Source of the DNA: an uncultured Clostridia bacterium
GTDB taxonomy: Bacteria; Bacillota; Clostridia; TANB77; CAG-465
Assembly (NCBI GenBank): GCA_947628005.1
Contig: CANQYI010000003.1
Coordinates: forward strand, 134,077-198,076
Reading direction: 5' to 3'
Length of the DNA: 64,000 nucleotides
Position numbers and translations under genes: made by a program. The notes beneath the pieces were generated by a model. It worked only from the letters and a program-made list of their open reading frames with translations. It did no database searches and was not told the DNA's origin. Below, in pieces: positions 35,646 through 46,730 of this stretch (position 1 is its first letter; every line of letters begins with the position of its first letter).

Positions 35646-37079
35646 CTATTTTATATTTTTTACTTTACTATTAAATTTTTCATAATTTTCTAATAATTCT
35701 TCTAATCTATCAATGTCAACTGGATCTGCTATTAATCTTCCTTGTATTTTTGAAATATTACTTTTTAAAATTTCTCTTAATTCAACGTCATTTTCAATAT
35801 TTGTAACTACTACGTGATATCTTAAATCTCTTGCAAGTTTTATTATATCTTTTAATAAATTCTTTTCATTTTCATTATTTTCTGATATATAATTTGCTGA
35901 TACTCTAAACTCATCTATTGGTAAACCTCTAAATAGTGTTAGATTTTCATATCTTAATTCTATATTATTTATTCCTATATCAGCACCGCAAGTTTTTAAT
36001 CTCTCTGTTAAAACTTTAAAATCATCTATTTCTTTTACATTAATATTATTAGTAAGTTGTAAACAAATTTCTCCACTATTTATTTGATATTCATCTAATA
36101 TACTGCACAATTTATCTACAAAATCTTTTCTTTTTGCATGCTTATTTGATATATTCATTGCAAAAGATACATTATTATAACCCTTAAATTTCATTTCATC
36201 TAGTTTTTTGCAAATCGTATCTAATACCAATTGATCTAACTTTATTATAAGTCCCATCTCTTCTGCTTGCTTTATAAAGTATTCTGATTGAATAATTCCT
36301 AGTACAGGGTGTTTCCAGTATAAAAGTGCCTCAAATGATATATTAGTTTTGTCTAAGACATTTATTCTTGGCTGTAATAAAACGCCAAATTCATTATTAT
36401 CATAAGCCTGTTTTAAGTCTTTTTCCATTTTAGTTTTATTTTCAAGTTTTGCCTTTAAAACTTTGTTATGAAAATAATAATTATTTTTTCCATGTTCTTT
36501 TATATAGTACATTGCGTCATCTGCATAATTAATTAAATCTTTCTTATTATTGGCATCTTCTGGATAAATTGCTATTCCAAGGCTATACTCAAGATTAATA
36601 CTATTATTTTCAATTATAAGGGGAATTTCAAATTCTTTTTTCAAGTCATTTAAAATACTAGTTATATCTTCAGTAGTTTTTATATTTTCCATTACAACTG
36701 CAAACTCGTCTCCACCCAATCTATATGATTTTGCATTTTGTGGAAGACTTCTTTCAAATATATTAGATAGCTCAATCAAAACTTTATCGCCTGCATCATG
36801 TCCCATTGTATCATTAATTTGTTTAAATCCATCTAAATCCATAAAACATACAGCAAACTTTTCCTTCTTAGATATAAGTTTATCTAATACATCTAAAAAT
36901 AAATGTCTATTTCCTCTTCCTGTAAGTGGATCAGTATATGCTTGTCTTTTTGTTAATTTATTTTCCTTTAGAGTACCTGATACATAAATTCTATATATTA
37001 ACATACCTAAAGCAACTAAAACTACGCCTTTAATAATACCATATATTATTTCTATATTCACTATTATCCCCCTTATCAT
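35646..37079 (-). CDS. membrane-anchored GGDEF-EAL protein (diguanylate cyclase/phosphodiesterase)
   Basis: N-terminal TM, GGDEF motif (RLGGDEFAVV) and EAL motif (FEALLYWKHP) with conserved downstream blocks. Start may be the ATG at 37079 or the GTG 18 nt downstream that follows GGGGGA. Confidence 0.85.
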   Translation of the reverse strand: MIRGIIVNIEIIYGIIKGVVLVALGMLIYRIYVSGTLKENKLTKRQAYTDPLTGRGNRHLFLDVLDKLISKKEKFAVCFMDLDGFKQINDTMGHDAGDKVLIELSNIFERSLPQNAKSYRLGGDEFAVVMENIKTTEDITSILNDLKKEFEIPLIIENNSINLEYSLGIAIYPEDANNKKDLINYADDAMYYIKEHGKNNYYFHNKVLKAKLENKTKMEKDLKQAYDNNEFGVLLQPRINVLDKTNISFEALLYWKHPVLGIIQSEYFIKQAEEMGLIIKLDQLVLDTICKKLDEMKFKGYNNVSFAMNISNKHAKRKDFVDKLCSILDEYQINSGEICLQLTNNINVKEIDDFKVLTERLKTCGADIGINNIELRYENLTLFRGLPIDEFRVSANYISENNENEKNLLKDIIKLARDLRYHVVVTNIENDVELREILKSNISKIQGRLIADPVDIDRLEELLENYEKFNSKVKNIK

Positions 37080-37082
37080 TTG

Positions 37083-39491
37083 TTATTTTACTACAATATT
37101 GATGATTTTTGATTTAATATTTATTACTTTTACAATATTTTTTCCTCTTGTGTAATTTTCAAGTTTTGGCTCTGCCAAAGCAATTTTTTCTACTTCTTGT
37201 TGTTCTAAATCTTTAGAAACATTTATTTTATACCTTAATACTCCATTTACCTGAACTGGAATTTCCACCATATCAGCAACTGTCTTTGTTTCATCAAATT
37301 GAGGCCATTTTGACTCAAATATATGACCTTCAAGTCCTAAATCTTCCCAAAGTTGCTCTGTTACATGTGGTGCAACTGGATTTAATAATATTAATAATGG
37401 TTTTACATAATTTACAGAAACTTTTTCTTCTTTATAAAGTAAATTTACATATGACATCATACATGCAATAGCAGTATTAAATTTCATATCTGTATAATCA
37501 GATGTTACTTTTTTTATCATAGAATGTAAATTAGATTCTAACTCTTTATTTTCAATATATTCATTAGTCGTAAAATCTTTTATTCTTGCAACTCTATCTA
37601 AGAATTTTTTAGCTCCCTTTACTCCATTATCAGACCAAGCAGCACTAAGAGAAAAATCTCCTATAAACATTACATATGTTCTTAGCGTATCTGCTCCATA
37701 TTCTTTTACAATTTCATCTGGATTTACTACATTACCTTTAGATTTGCTCATCTTATTTCCATCTGGTCCAAGTATAAGTCCATGAGTAGTTCTCTTCTTA
37801 TATGGCTCTTTAGTTGGAACAACTCCTATATCATATAAAAATCTATGCCAAAATCTAGAATAAATCAAATGCCTTGTAACGTGTTCCATTCCTCCATTAT
37901 ATTGATCTACTGGTAACCAATACTTTAATTTATCCATACTTGCTAATTCTTTGTCATTGAAAGGATCTGCGTATCTTAAGAAATACCATGATGACCCTGC
38001 CCACTGAGGCATTGTATCTGTTTCTCTTACTGCGTGTCCTGAACATTTAGGACATTTAGTATTAACCCATTCATCAACATTAACAAGTGGTGATTTTCCA
38101 TCTTCACCTGGAATGAAGTTTTCTATTTTAGGAAGTGTTAATGGTAATTCTTCTTCCGGTATAGGAACTAATCCACACTTTTCACATTTTACTATTGGAA
38201 GTGGTTCACCCCAATATCTTTGTCTAGCAAAAGCCCAATCTTTCATATGGTACTGTGATTTTCTCACTCCTATTTTATTTTCTTCCATATATTGAGTCAT
38301 TTTTTCTTTTGCTTCTTTTACATTTAAACCATTTAAGAAATCAGAATTAATAGCTATACCTTCATCTGATGTATATGCCTTATCTTCAGGAAGTTCTCCA
38401 TTAACTGGTTTTACAACAGGTATAATATCTAGATTAAATTTTTTTGCAAATTCATAATCTCTATCATCATGTGCAGGAACTGCCATAATTGCCCCTGTTC
38501 CATAATTTACCATAACGTAATCTGTTACAAGTAATGGTATCAATTTATTAGTAATTGGATTAATTACTTCAATTCCTTCTACTTTTACACCTGTTTTTTC
38601 TTTAACAATCTGAGTTCTTTCAAATTCAGATTTTTTCATTGCTTCTTTTCTATACTCTTGTATTTTATCAAAGTTCTTTATTTTATCTTTTAGTTTATCT
38701 AACAATTCGTGTTCTGGAGCTATAGCCATATATGTAACTCCATATATTGTGTCAGGTCTAGTTGTATAAATTTCTAGTATTTCATCTGTGTCTTTTATTT
38801 TAAATTTTACTTGTGCACCTGTAGACTTGCCTATCCAGTTAATTTGTTCTGTCTTTACTCTATCTGGAAAATCAAGATTATTAAGTTCTTCTAATAGTTT
38901 ATCTGCGTAATCTGTAATTTTTAACATCCAAACTTCTTTTTCCATCTGAACAATTTGACTATCGCATCTATCACATACTCCACCTTGAGATTCTTCATTT
39001 GCAAGAACAACTCTACATTTTGGGCAATAATTTACATATGTTTTATCTTTGTAAGCTAGTCCCTTTTTAAATAATTGTAAAAAAATCCATTGTGTCCATT
39101 TAACGTAATCATCTTTTGTAGTATCTATTACTCTGTCCCAATCAAAAGAGAAACCAACTGATTTTAACTGATTTGTAAAATTCTTTATATTATCATCAGT
39201 TACTTTTCTTGGATGAATTCCTGTTTTCATAGCATAATTTTCTGTTGGAAGACCAAATGCATCAAATCCAATAGGATATAATACATTATAGCCCTGTAAT
39301 CTTTTCATTCTTGCTATTACATCCATACCAGTATAAGGTCTTATATGTCCTACATGAAGTCCTGCACCAGATGGATATGGAAATTCAATTAATGCATAAA
39401 ATTTTTCTTTAGAAAAATCATCAACTGCACTAAAACATTTGCTATCTTCCCAAACTTTTTGCCATTTTTTATCTATATTTTTATCGTACAT
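37083..39491 (-). CDS. leuS: leucine--tRNA ligase
   Basis: HIGH motif (GAGLHVGHIRPYT), CP1 editing domain, KMSKS (KMSKSKGN) and LeuRS C-terminal domain. 802 aa. Confidence 0.95.
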   Translation of the reverse strand: MYDKNIDKKWQKVWEDSKCFSAVDDFSKEKFYALIEFPYPSGAGLHVGHIRPYTGMDVIARMKRLQGYNVLYPIGFDAFGLPTENYAMKTGIHPRKVTDDNIKNFTNQLKSVGFSFDWDRVIDTTKDDYVKWTQWIFLQLFKKGLAYKDKTYVNYCPKCRVVLANEESQGGVCDRCDSQIVQMEKEVWMLKITDYADKLLEELNNLDFPDRVKTEQINWIGKSTGAQVKFKIKDTDEILEIYTTRPDTIYGVTYMAIAPEHELLDKLKDKIKNFDKIQEYRKEAMKKSEFERTQIVKEKTGVKVEGIEVINPITNKLIPLLVTDYVMVNYGTGAIMAVPAHDDRDYEFAKKFNLDIIPVVKPVNGELPEDKAYTSDEGIAINSDFLNGLNVKEAKEKMTQYMEENKIGVRKSQYHMKDWAFARQRYWGEPLPIVKCEKCGLVPIPEEELPLTLPKIENFIPGEDGKSPLVNVDEWVNTKCPKCSGHAVRETDTMPQWAGSSWYFLRYADPFNDKELASMDKLKYWLPVDQYNGGMEHVTRHLIYSRFWHRFLYDIGVVPTKEPYKKRTTHGLILGPDGNKMSKSKGNVVNPDEIVKEYGADTLRTYVMFIGDFSLSAAWSDNGVKGAKKFLDRVARIKDFTTNEYIENKELESNLHSMIKKVTSDYTDMKFNTAIACMMSYVNLLYKEEKVSVNYVKPLLILLNPVAPHVTEQLWEDLGLEGHIFESKWPQFDETKTVADMVEIPVQVNGVLRYKINVSKDLEQQEVEKIALAEPKLENYTRGKNIVKVINIKSKIINIVVK

Positions 39492-39503
39492 AAAAGCCTC
39501 CTC

Positions 39504-40628
39504 TTAACTATATTTAATATATTGTGATTCAAAAAAATTGTCTGTCATACCCGAAATAAAATCTACAATTTTTACTCCATCTACGGTATTCTTGTTATAA
39601 TTTTCATTCATTGAATTTAAAAACATTCCATAAATATCATTACTTGTATCATTATTTTTCAAGGCTTCTTCATAGACATTAAATAAATGATAAAATTTAT
39701 TTTTATACTGTTCTAATCGTTCATCAGTACATGCTTTATCATATATGTATTCATAATTAAACTTTTTCAGTTTTACCACTGCATCATTAACTTTTTTTGA
39801 CATCTTTATATATGGTTTATCAAAACTTTCATTTATTATATCTAAAATTATAGAATTCATTATTTCATTATTTTTTGTACCCAAAGTAGTTCTAATATCT
39901 TGTGGAATATCTTCTAATTTTAGCATTTTCAGTCTTATTGCATCGTCAATATCTTTACCTATGTATCCAATTATGTCAGAAATTCTAACAATACATCCTT
40001 CTAGAGTCATAGGTCTTAATTTTTTTATATTTTCAGAATTTTTATAACAATCATTATATTCTTTTAAAAATTTGTCATAATCTTTTTCTTCGGGATAGTA
40101 TTTATCGCTTAACATTTCTCCATTATGACACAATATTCCATCTAAAACTTGTAGAGTTAAATTTAAGCCATTACCATTCTTTTCTATATTAGTAAATGTT
40201 CTAACACTTTGAACATTATGTGCAAATGTTATACCTAATTTTTCTTTGCATATATCAGATAATATTCTTTCACCAACATGTCCGTATGGAACATGTCCAA
40301 TATCATGACCTAGTGCTATTGCCTCACATAAATCTTCATTTAAATTTAACGCTCTAGCTATAGTTCTTGCAGCTCTACTCACAAATTGTACATGTGTCAT
40401 TCTAGTAGATATGTTATCATTTTCTGCACACGTATATACTTGTGTTTTATTACTATATCTAGTATATGGTAACGTATGAATTATTTTATCTATATCTCTT
40501 TCAAAATCTGTCCTAATATCTAAATTTTCTTTTTTTAATCTAATTGCATCTTTAGATAGGCAAGCATACTTACTTAAGTTTTGCTCACTTTTTTCCATAT
40601 TAGATTTTATTAACTCAAACTTTTCCAA
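39504..40628 (-). CDS. dGTP triphosphohydrolase-like HD-domain protein
   Basis: HD motif ALGHDIGHVPYGHVGE and overall dGTPase-family layout. 374 aa. Confidence 0.75.
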   Translation of the reverse strand: MEKFELIKSNMEKSEQNLSKYACLSKDAIRLKKENLDIRTDFERDIDKIIHTLPYTRYSNKTQVYTCAENDNISTRMTHVQFVSRAARTIARALNLNEDLCEAIALGHDIGHVPYGHVGERILSDICKEKLGITFAHNVQSVRTFTNIEKNGNGLNLTLQVLDGILCHNGEMLSDKYYPEEKDYDKFLKEYNDCYKNSENIKKLRPMTLEGCIVRISDIIGYIGKDIDDAIRLKMLKLEDIPQDIRTTLGTKNNEIMNSIILDIINESFDKPYIKMSKKVNDAVVKLKKFNYEYIYDKACTDERLEQYKNKFYHLFNVYEEALKNNDTSNDIYGMFLNSMNENYNKNTVDGVKIVDFISGMTDNFFESQYIKYS

Positions 40629-40649
40629 TCTATGTGCACCTCTTAAATA

Positions 40650-41534
40650 TTACAAAAACATTTTTAGTCCTTTTTCAATACATTTTACCTCTATAGGGAA
40701 CTTTACTCCTGATTCTCCATCTACATCTGGATCATCAATTTTTCCCTTAATTTTATTAACTTTAAGCCATCTTTCTTTTAAATATATAACATTTTTATCT
40801 TCAAAATGGTTTCCTGTAAGTACTTTTGGAAGTAAAACACTAGCTTCTGGCAAAGTACATTCTTTTATTATTACTACGTCTAAAAGACCATCTTGTATAC
40901 TTGCTCCATCAGTAAATTTATCCATTCCACCACAACTACTACCATTAAATATTAAAAATAGCATAATGTTTTCAATTATTATATCTTTTTCTGTTTCTAT
41001 TTTTACACTAAAAGGTTTAAATTCTAGAACTTGCTCAACTCCAGTTATAAAATAAGAAAGCTTACCTATTGCATTTTTTAAATTTGCATCTGTCTTTTGG
41101 GGAGCATTAGTAAATACGCCTGCTGAGCATATATTTATAAAGTATTTATCATTTGCAAGTCCTACATCAACTTTTTGAACGTTTCCTGTAAGGATTTTAT
41201 CTATACACTCTATAAAATTTTGTGGCATATTTATGTGCTTAGCAAAATCATTAGATGTACCAGCTGGTATTATACCTATTGGGACATCAATATTTTCTTT
41301 CATCATAATATTGACAACTCTATTAACTGTACCGTCTCCTCCAGCAACTACTATTCCGTATAAATCCTCATCATTTCCTTCTTTTAGAAATTCATATAAA
41401 TTAGTAGTAGCATCAGCTCTAAATACGGTTACTGCAAAATCATTTTGCATGAATTTTTCAATTATAGGATCTAAAAAATACTTAAATTTACTTTGCCCTG
41501 CTCCAGAGTTATATATAAGCTTTATTTTTTTCAT
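40650..41534 (-). CDS. diacylglycerol/lipid kinase family protein (DagK/YegS-like)
   Basis: GGDGT motif (VVAGGDGTVNRVVN) and about 290-aa DAGK_cat plus accessory-domain layout. Confidence 0.8.
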   Translation of the reverse strand: MKKIKLIYNSGAGQSKFKYFLDPIIEKFMQNDFAVTVFRADATTNLYEFLKEGNDEDLYGIVVAGGDGTVNRVVNIMMKENIDVPIGIIPAGTSNDFAKHINMPQNFIECIDKILTGNVQKVDVGLANDKYFINICSAGVFTNAPQKTDANLKNAIGKLSYFITGVEQVLEFKPFSVKIETEKDIIIENIMLFLIFNGSSCGGMDKFTDGASIQDGLLDVVIIKECTLPEASVLLPKVLTGNHFEDKNVIYLKERWLKVNKIKGKIDDPDVDGESGVKFPIEVKCIEKGLKMFL

Positions 41535-41675
41535 ATTTACTTCCTTTCAATGTAAAGGTAAAATTTCACACATATATTATATTATATATTTACTCTAAAT
41601 TCAAGAAAAATAGTATAAATAATGAAATAAAAGAATAAACAATTGCTAACTAATTTTAGCATTGTTTATTCTCTA

Positions 41676-42884
41676 TTATCTATCTATTTTAAATATATTC
41701 ATATCTTTTGTATAAAATCCTTTTATGGCATTTTTTAACATATTTGCTCCTATGACAGAATGAACAATTCCGTTAGTTCCAAATCCTATATTACAAAAGC
41801 AATTTGGCATATTAGGAATTTCATCAACTATTGGTAAGCTATCTTTAGTATTACATACAGATGCATTAAATGCATATTCTAGTGTAAAATCGTCTATTCC
41901 ATATAAAATCTTTTCGATACTTGATTTTAATCTTTTATATCTATCATTTGCAACCATCATAAAATATTTATTATCATAAAATCTATCGGTAATTTTCGTA
42001 TCTTCTCCGCCAAAAATTAATCTACCTGTTGGTGTAAATCTTATATAGTGATGTGGAGCCATAGTATCTCTTGCTGTAAAATTTAAATTCATATTCTTAT
42101 AATTATCTATTGGTTTTGTTACAACTGTATATGTTTTTGCAATTTCTAAAGGTACTTGCCCTATATACTTTAATGCCTCTAATCCAGAAGTAAGTATCAG
42201 GCTATCACAATATATTTTAAAGTTGTTATTAGTAGTGCACTTTATACTTTCATATTCTGTATCAATTTTTTCAGCATTAGTATTTTCAAAAATTCTTACA
42301 TTACTCATTTTATTTAAATAATCAAATATAGATTGTGTTAACATATATGGATTTACAGTAGCACTTGCTCTTCTAATCAATATACCATTTTGCATATCAA
42401 TTATATCGTGAGAATCTAAAAAAAATGACTCTAATCCTGTCTTTTTTCTATTTTCAAATTCCTTTTGCATCTGTGACTTTTGCATATATCTATTAGTAAA
42501 ATATATTAAATCTTTTCTTTCAAATCCAGTATTAAGTTCTACTTCATTGCAAATTTCTTCTATTTCATCTATAGCATTATATGCCATTTTATATATTTTT
42601 TTTGCATGATTATTTCCAATTATTTTTTCCAATTTTAATATATCTAAATCCATTTGTGCTTCTAATATTGCCGAAGATGCTAAAGTTTGCCCGTATCCTA
42701 CTATATTTTTTTCAACTACTACAACATCTGCTCCCTCTTTTGCCAAATAATAAGCAGTTATTGCGCCACTTATTCCTCCTCCAATGACTAAGACATCGCA
42801 ATTTATATCAGAAGTAAGATATGGATATATATTTTTTATATTACTTTTTTTTGGCCAATAAAAATTTCCACTCATTAATTGCAT
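41676..42884 (-). CDS. FAD-dependent oxidoreductase (DAO family)
   Basis: N-terminal dinucleotide-binding motif VLVIGGGISGAITAYYLAKEGADVVVVEK. About 400 aa. Confidence 0.75.
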   Translation of the reverse strand: MQLMSGNFYWPKKSNIKNIYPYLTSDINCDVLVIGGGISGAITAYYLAKEGADVVVVEKNIVGYGQTLASSAILEAQMDLDILKLEKIIGNNHAKKIYKMAYNAIDEIEEICNEVELNTGFERKDLIYFTNRYMQKSQMQKEFENRKKTGLESFFLDSHDIIDMQNGILIRRASATVNPYMLTQSIFDYLNKMSNVRIFENTNAEKIDTEYESIKCTTNNNFKIYCDSLILTSGLEALKYIGQVPLEIAKTYTVVTKPIDNYKNMNLNFTARDTMAPHHYIRFTPTGRLIFGGEDTKITDRFYDNKYFMMVANDRYKRLKSSIEKILYGIDDFTLEYAFNASVCNTKDSLPIVDEIPNMPNCFCNIGFGTNGIVHSVIGANMLKNAIKGFYTKDMNIFKIDR

Positions 42885-43020
42885 AACTTCACACCTCTAT
42901 AAATATTTTTACTTTTTTTGGAATATTTATACAATTTTTGTTATTAATAATTCTATTATTTCAATTAGTTAATAAATATATAATATATTTCTACACAAAA
43001 TATACATATGAGGTGATTTT

Positions 43021-43938
43021 ATGAACTTAAATAAAAAACATTGTTTTATAATTTGTACTACTTTACTTGTGATACTGCTACTTTCTAATATTTTCGGATA
43101 TTCAACAACTAATACAAATCCTACATACGGTATTACAACAGAAAACGTAAATTTGAGATTTAATCCCAATATTTCATCAGCTTCAAAAGTTAAAACAGTT
43201 CCTAAAAATACTAGTGTAAAAATTGTTGGCTCTATTGATTCTTTTGATATAGTTCAACTTGCTTCAAATGAAGTAGGTCTAATTTCAAAGGACTATATAA
43301 AATCTAGTCCTAATGCTCCAGAAGGAGCTAAAACTTACGAAAATATAAATAAATTTTTTGCTAATGTAAATGAAAATAACGTTGCACTCAGAGGTGGACC
43401 ATCTACGAGTTTTAGAGTATACAAAAGATTAAATCCTTCTGATAAAGTTGAAGTTATAGGAAAAATTGATGATTTTTATATGGTAGTAACAGAAGACAAC
43501 AATGTTGGTATGATTAGAAATGATTTAATAAGTCAAAGTGGTACAATTTCTTCTGATGAAACAGAAGTAGAAGCAATTTTAAGATTAATAAATGAGGCAA
43601 GAGAAAAAGAAGGTAGACCTAATTTAATACTTGATACAAATCTTAGTAAAGTTGCTCAAACAAAAGCTGATGATATGGCAAAAAATAATTATTTCTCTCA
43701 TAATTCACCAACTTACGGTTCACCATTTAAAATGATTCAAGATTTTGGAATTTCTTACAAAGTTGCGGGAGAAAATATTGCAGGAAATCCAAGTATTAAA
43801 GATGCTGTCGACTCATGGTTACAATCCGAAACTCATAGAAAAAATATATTATCTAACACTTATAATTATGTTGGTATAGGTATTGCAAATAGCAAAACTT
43901 ACGGAAATATTATAGTATTAATGTTTATTGGAAAATAA
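43021..43938 (+). CDS. secreted protein with two SH3b-like domains and a C-terminal CAP (SCP/PR-1, YkwD-like) domain
   Basis: Signal-anchor N-terminus. Two repeats (VNLRFNPNISS... / VALRGGPSTSF...). The C-terminus AQTKADDMAKNNYFSHNSP...GENIA...WLQSETHRKNIL is a CAP-domain signature. Confidence 0.7.
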   Translation: MNLNKKHCFIICTTLLVILLLSNIFGYSTTNTNPTYGITTENVNLRFNPNISSASKVKTVPKNTSVKIVGSIDSFDIVQLASNEVGLISKDYIKSSPNAPEGAKTYENINKFFANVNENNVALRGGPSTSFRVYKRLNPSDKVEVIGKIDDFYMVVTEDNNVGMIRNDLISQSGTISSDETEVEAILRLINEAREKEGRPNLILDTNLSKVAQTKADDMAKNNYFSHNSPTYGSPFKMIQDFGISYKVAGENIAGNPSIKDAVDSWLQSETHRKNILSNTYNYVGIGIANSKTYGNIIVLMFIGK

Positions 43939-43963
43939 AAAATGGGACTTTAAGTTCCATTTT

Positions 43964-44842
43964 TTATATTATTAATTTTTTTATATCATCAATTATTTCT
44001 TTAGTCTTTATATATCCTGCATTTGCTATCATTTGAGTTTTATCACATTCCAGTAGTGATATTTTTGAAAGTTTCGGAGTTATAATTAAATCAGCATCAT
44101 TTATTTCTAATCTATTTAACTCCTTTGTCATTATATCAAATGACTTCATGGCAACTGATACTATATTTACCTGTAAGGCTGTATTTTGTGTATCAAATGA
44201 CACCGCTATAACCTTATTTGCTCCCATCTTTTTTAAAATATTTACAGGAGTATTTACTCTTACTCCTCCATCAACTAAAACCCTTCTATTTAATATTTTG
44301 GGTTCAAATACTCCCGGGAAACTCGAACTAGCTCTAACTATTGAAGCCAAATTTCCTGTGTAATTTATTGAGTAATTATTGTCTAGTTCATGTGCCATAT
44401 TGTTCAAATTGTTACCTATTCTCTTACTTAGATAATATATAATTTCTCCAGTTGCAAGATCTACTGTAGGTATTGCAAGTGGGACTTTTATATCTGATAT
44501 ATCATGTACATTTTTATACTCACAATATTTATAAATAGTACTTTCCAATCTATTTCCTTTAGCAAATCCTTTTATTTTAACTTTTCCAGTGAATAACATT
44601 CCCGCTAATTTCAAAGGTATTGTTTTATCATAATCTGCTATATATTTACAATATGTAGAAAACATTTTTAAAATTTCTTTTGGTGTATAACCACATGCAT
44701 ATAAAGCGGCAATTATACTCCCACTACTGGTTCCAGATATAAATTGTACATCTATGTTTTCTTCTTTTAATGCTTGAAGTACCCCTATATGTGCTGCTCC
44801 CTTTGCTCCACCACCGCTTAATGCAATTCCTAATTTAGACAT
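43964..44842 (-). CDS. patatin-like phospholipase
   Basis: Oxyanion-hole GGGAKGAAHIG and nucleophile elbow GTSSG. C-terminal DGG catalytic Asp block (VDGGVRVN). Confidence 0.85.
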   Translation of the reverse strand: MSKLGIALSGGGAKGAAHIGVLQALKEENIDVQFISGTSSGSIIAALYACGYTPKEILKMFSTYCKYIADYDKTIPLKLAGMLFTGKVKIKGFAKGNRLESTIYKYCEYKNVHDISDIKVPLAIPTVDLATGEIIYYLSKRIGNNLNNMAHELDNNYSINYTGNLASIVRASSSFPGVFEPKILNRRVLVDGGVRVNTPVNILKKMGANKVIAVSFDTQNTALQVNIVSVAMKSFDIMTKELNRLEINDADLIITPKLSKISLLECDKTQMIANAGYIKTKEIIDDIKKLII

Positions 44843-44905
44843 AAAAAATACACCTCCATAAAAATTATGTTAGTGTATTATATGAAATCTATATTATTTT
44901 GTGAT

Positions 44906-46723
44906 CTATGTAAGCATATTATAAAGTCTTATTAACTCAGAATTAGTAAGTATATCGTAGCATAAATTATCTACTAATACTCCCTTTTCACTATAAATTT
45001 TTCTTACCCCACCATTTATATATTTTGATATATCTTGTAATAGTTCTTTTACCAAATTGTACGCTAATTTTTGTGATGCTCTAGTAACTCCATTTTGTCT
45101 CAAATTTGCCTTAACAAAATGTGCCATATATTTAGGGTATATAAGCCCATTACTTGCCTTACTAAACTTTGAATATTCTCTTAGACCGTATGGCGTATAT
45201 AATTCTTTAAATATAGTGTCTAATAGCTTTATTCCAATTTCATTTGTTAAAACAGGATAAGATAAACTTAAAGTATAAATCATACTTATTTTAGCAAAGT
45301 GTTCATTATCATCTAAATTTTCTTTTAATATTCTTTTTTCTTCTATCCAAAACTTATGATTTACAATATCTTGTATCTCTTCTTGTAAATCATAAGTTGT
45401 AGAATCTTCCTGCTTTTTATTTGATAAAATATTTTGATATATTTTTATAGCATTGTACAATAATGATATAAGTTCAATATTATTTAAAACACATTTTTTT
45501 ATTTTTTCATCTTTTATTATTTTATATATACTATCTCTTATAAAATCAAAAAATTCAGTTTCATCATTATCAACTTGTATAAGTCTATTTATGCTTTCAA
45601 TTGTCCATAACATAAGTAATAGACACTCTTTTTGAATTTTATTATTATCGCATGCATTTAAGTCAAAACTTTCTATACATTCTTCTATTTTATGTAAAAA
45701 GCTCTTTGCTTCATTTAATTTGCCAAAGTTTAGATATCTACCCTCTATTGATCTTACCAAATTAGTAAGATTTATTAGTAATTCATCTGTTATTTTATTA
45801 GTCTTAAATAAGTCTAGAAAATCATCATAACTAATAGAATATGGCACACTATCTGCTATAGCACTGTCAAGATAAGAATTTTTCATAGTAATTGCTAGCG
45901 ATTTAAGTTCAACAAATTCATCTTGTATTTGTTCGGTTATCTTTATATTATCTTTCTCATATTTTTCAAAGATTTTCAAATAGTCTATTTTTGTTATATC
46001 AAACTCTGACGTGCTTATATAAAAATGTACTTTTTTACTTTCCTTTGATTTTAACTTGACAGCAAAACTTCCTGGTATATCTAAATCTTCACTAAATACT
46101 TTTCTTTCTAGGTTCTTATCTATAAATTCATGCTGTACATTACTTAAATATTTATTATCAGCCTTCCACTGTAAGTAATCAGAGGCTAAAAACAAATTGC
46201 TATTATTTGTAACACTTAAATTTAGATAAGCACTATTTTTAGTGTCTTTAATATTAAATTTTAATGCATTTGAATTTTTAATCGATAACAAATCTCTATA
46301 AGTTATAAGTGGAAGCACAAAAAATTTAACTTCATTATTTGTATCATTTGCTAAATCATATTCAATAACTAAGACATCTGAATTACCTGTGTCAAATGCA
46401 ATTCTTTTTTTATATTTAAAATTAGATACATCATATTCAAATACATTGTTTTCTAAATCTACAGAGGTTATGTATTCATCACTACTAATTTTTTCGCTAC
46501 CTACTACAACTTGTCCTATTCTATATACGCTATCTTTGATTTGTATCTTTTCAAATACATTTTCTACTAAAATTTTTGCGTTTTTAATATAAAGGCCATT
46601 ATATATTTTCTTTGAATCAAGTCCTGCTGATAAATTTAGGCATGTATCTATCCCATTTGTAAGAATAAATTGTAAATTTTTTAAACTATTTATATCATTT
46701 ATTCCTCTTTTGTATTTAAACAC
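44906..46723 (-). CDS. hypothetical protein, possibly (alpha/alpha)6-barrel glycoside-hydrolase-like (amylo-alpha-1,6-glucosidase/GDE_C-like)
   Basis: C-terminal block YTPYGLREYS...NGLIYPKYMAHFVKA resembles the GDE_C signature (YGLRSL...G.VWPWL.G.FV.A). Otherwise unrecognised. Confidence 0.4.
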   Translation of the reverse strand: MFKYKRGINDINSLKNLQFILTNGIDTCLNLSAGLDSKKIYNGLYIKNAKILVENVFEKIQIKDSVYRIGQVVVGSEKISSDEYITSVDLENNVFEYDVSNFKYKKRIAFDTGNSDVLVIEYDLANDTNNEVKFFVLPLITYRDLLSIKNSNALKFNIKDTKNSAYLNLSVTNNSNLFLASDYLQWKADNKYLSNVQHEFIDKNLERKVFSEDLDIPGSFAVKLKSKESKKVHFYISTSEFDITKIDYLKIFEKYEKDNIKITEQIQDEFVELKSLAITMKNSYLDSAIADSVPYSISYDDFLDLFKTNKITDELLINLTNLVRSIEGRYLNFGKLNEAKSFLHKIEECIESFDLNACDNNKIQKECLLLMLWTIESINRLIQVDNDETEFFDFIRDSIYKIIKDEKIKKCVLNNIELISLLYNAIKIYQNILSNKKQEDSTTYDLQEEIQDIVNHKFWIEEKRILKENLDDNEHFAKISMIYTLSLSYPVLTNEIGIKLLDTIFKELYTPYGLREYSKFSKASNGLIYPKYMAHFVKANLRQNGVTRASQKLAYNLVKELLQDISKYINGGVRKIYSEKGVLVDNLCYDILTNSELIRLYNMLT

Positions 46724-46730
46724 TTATAAA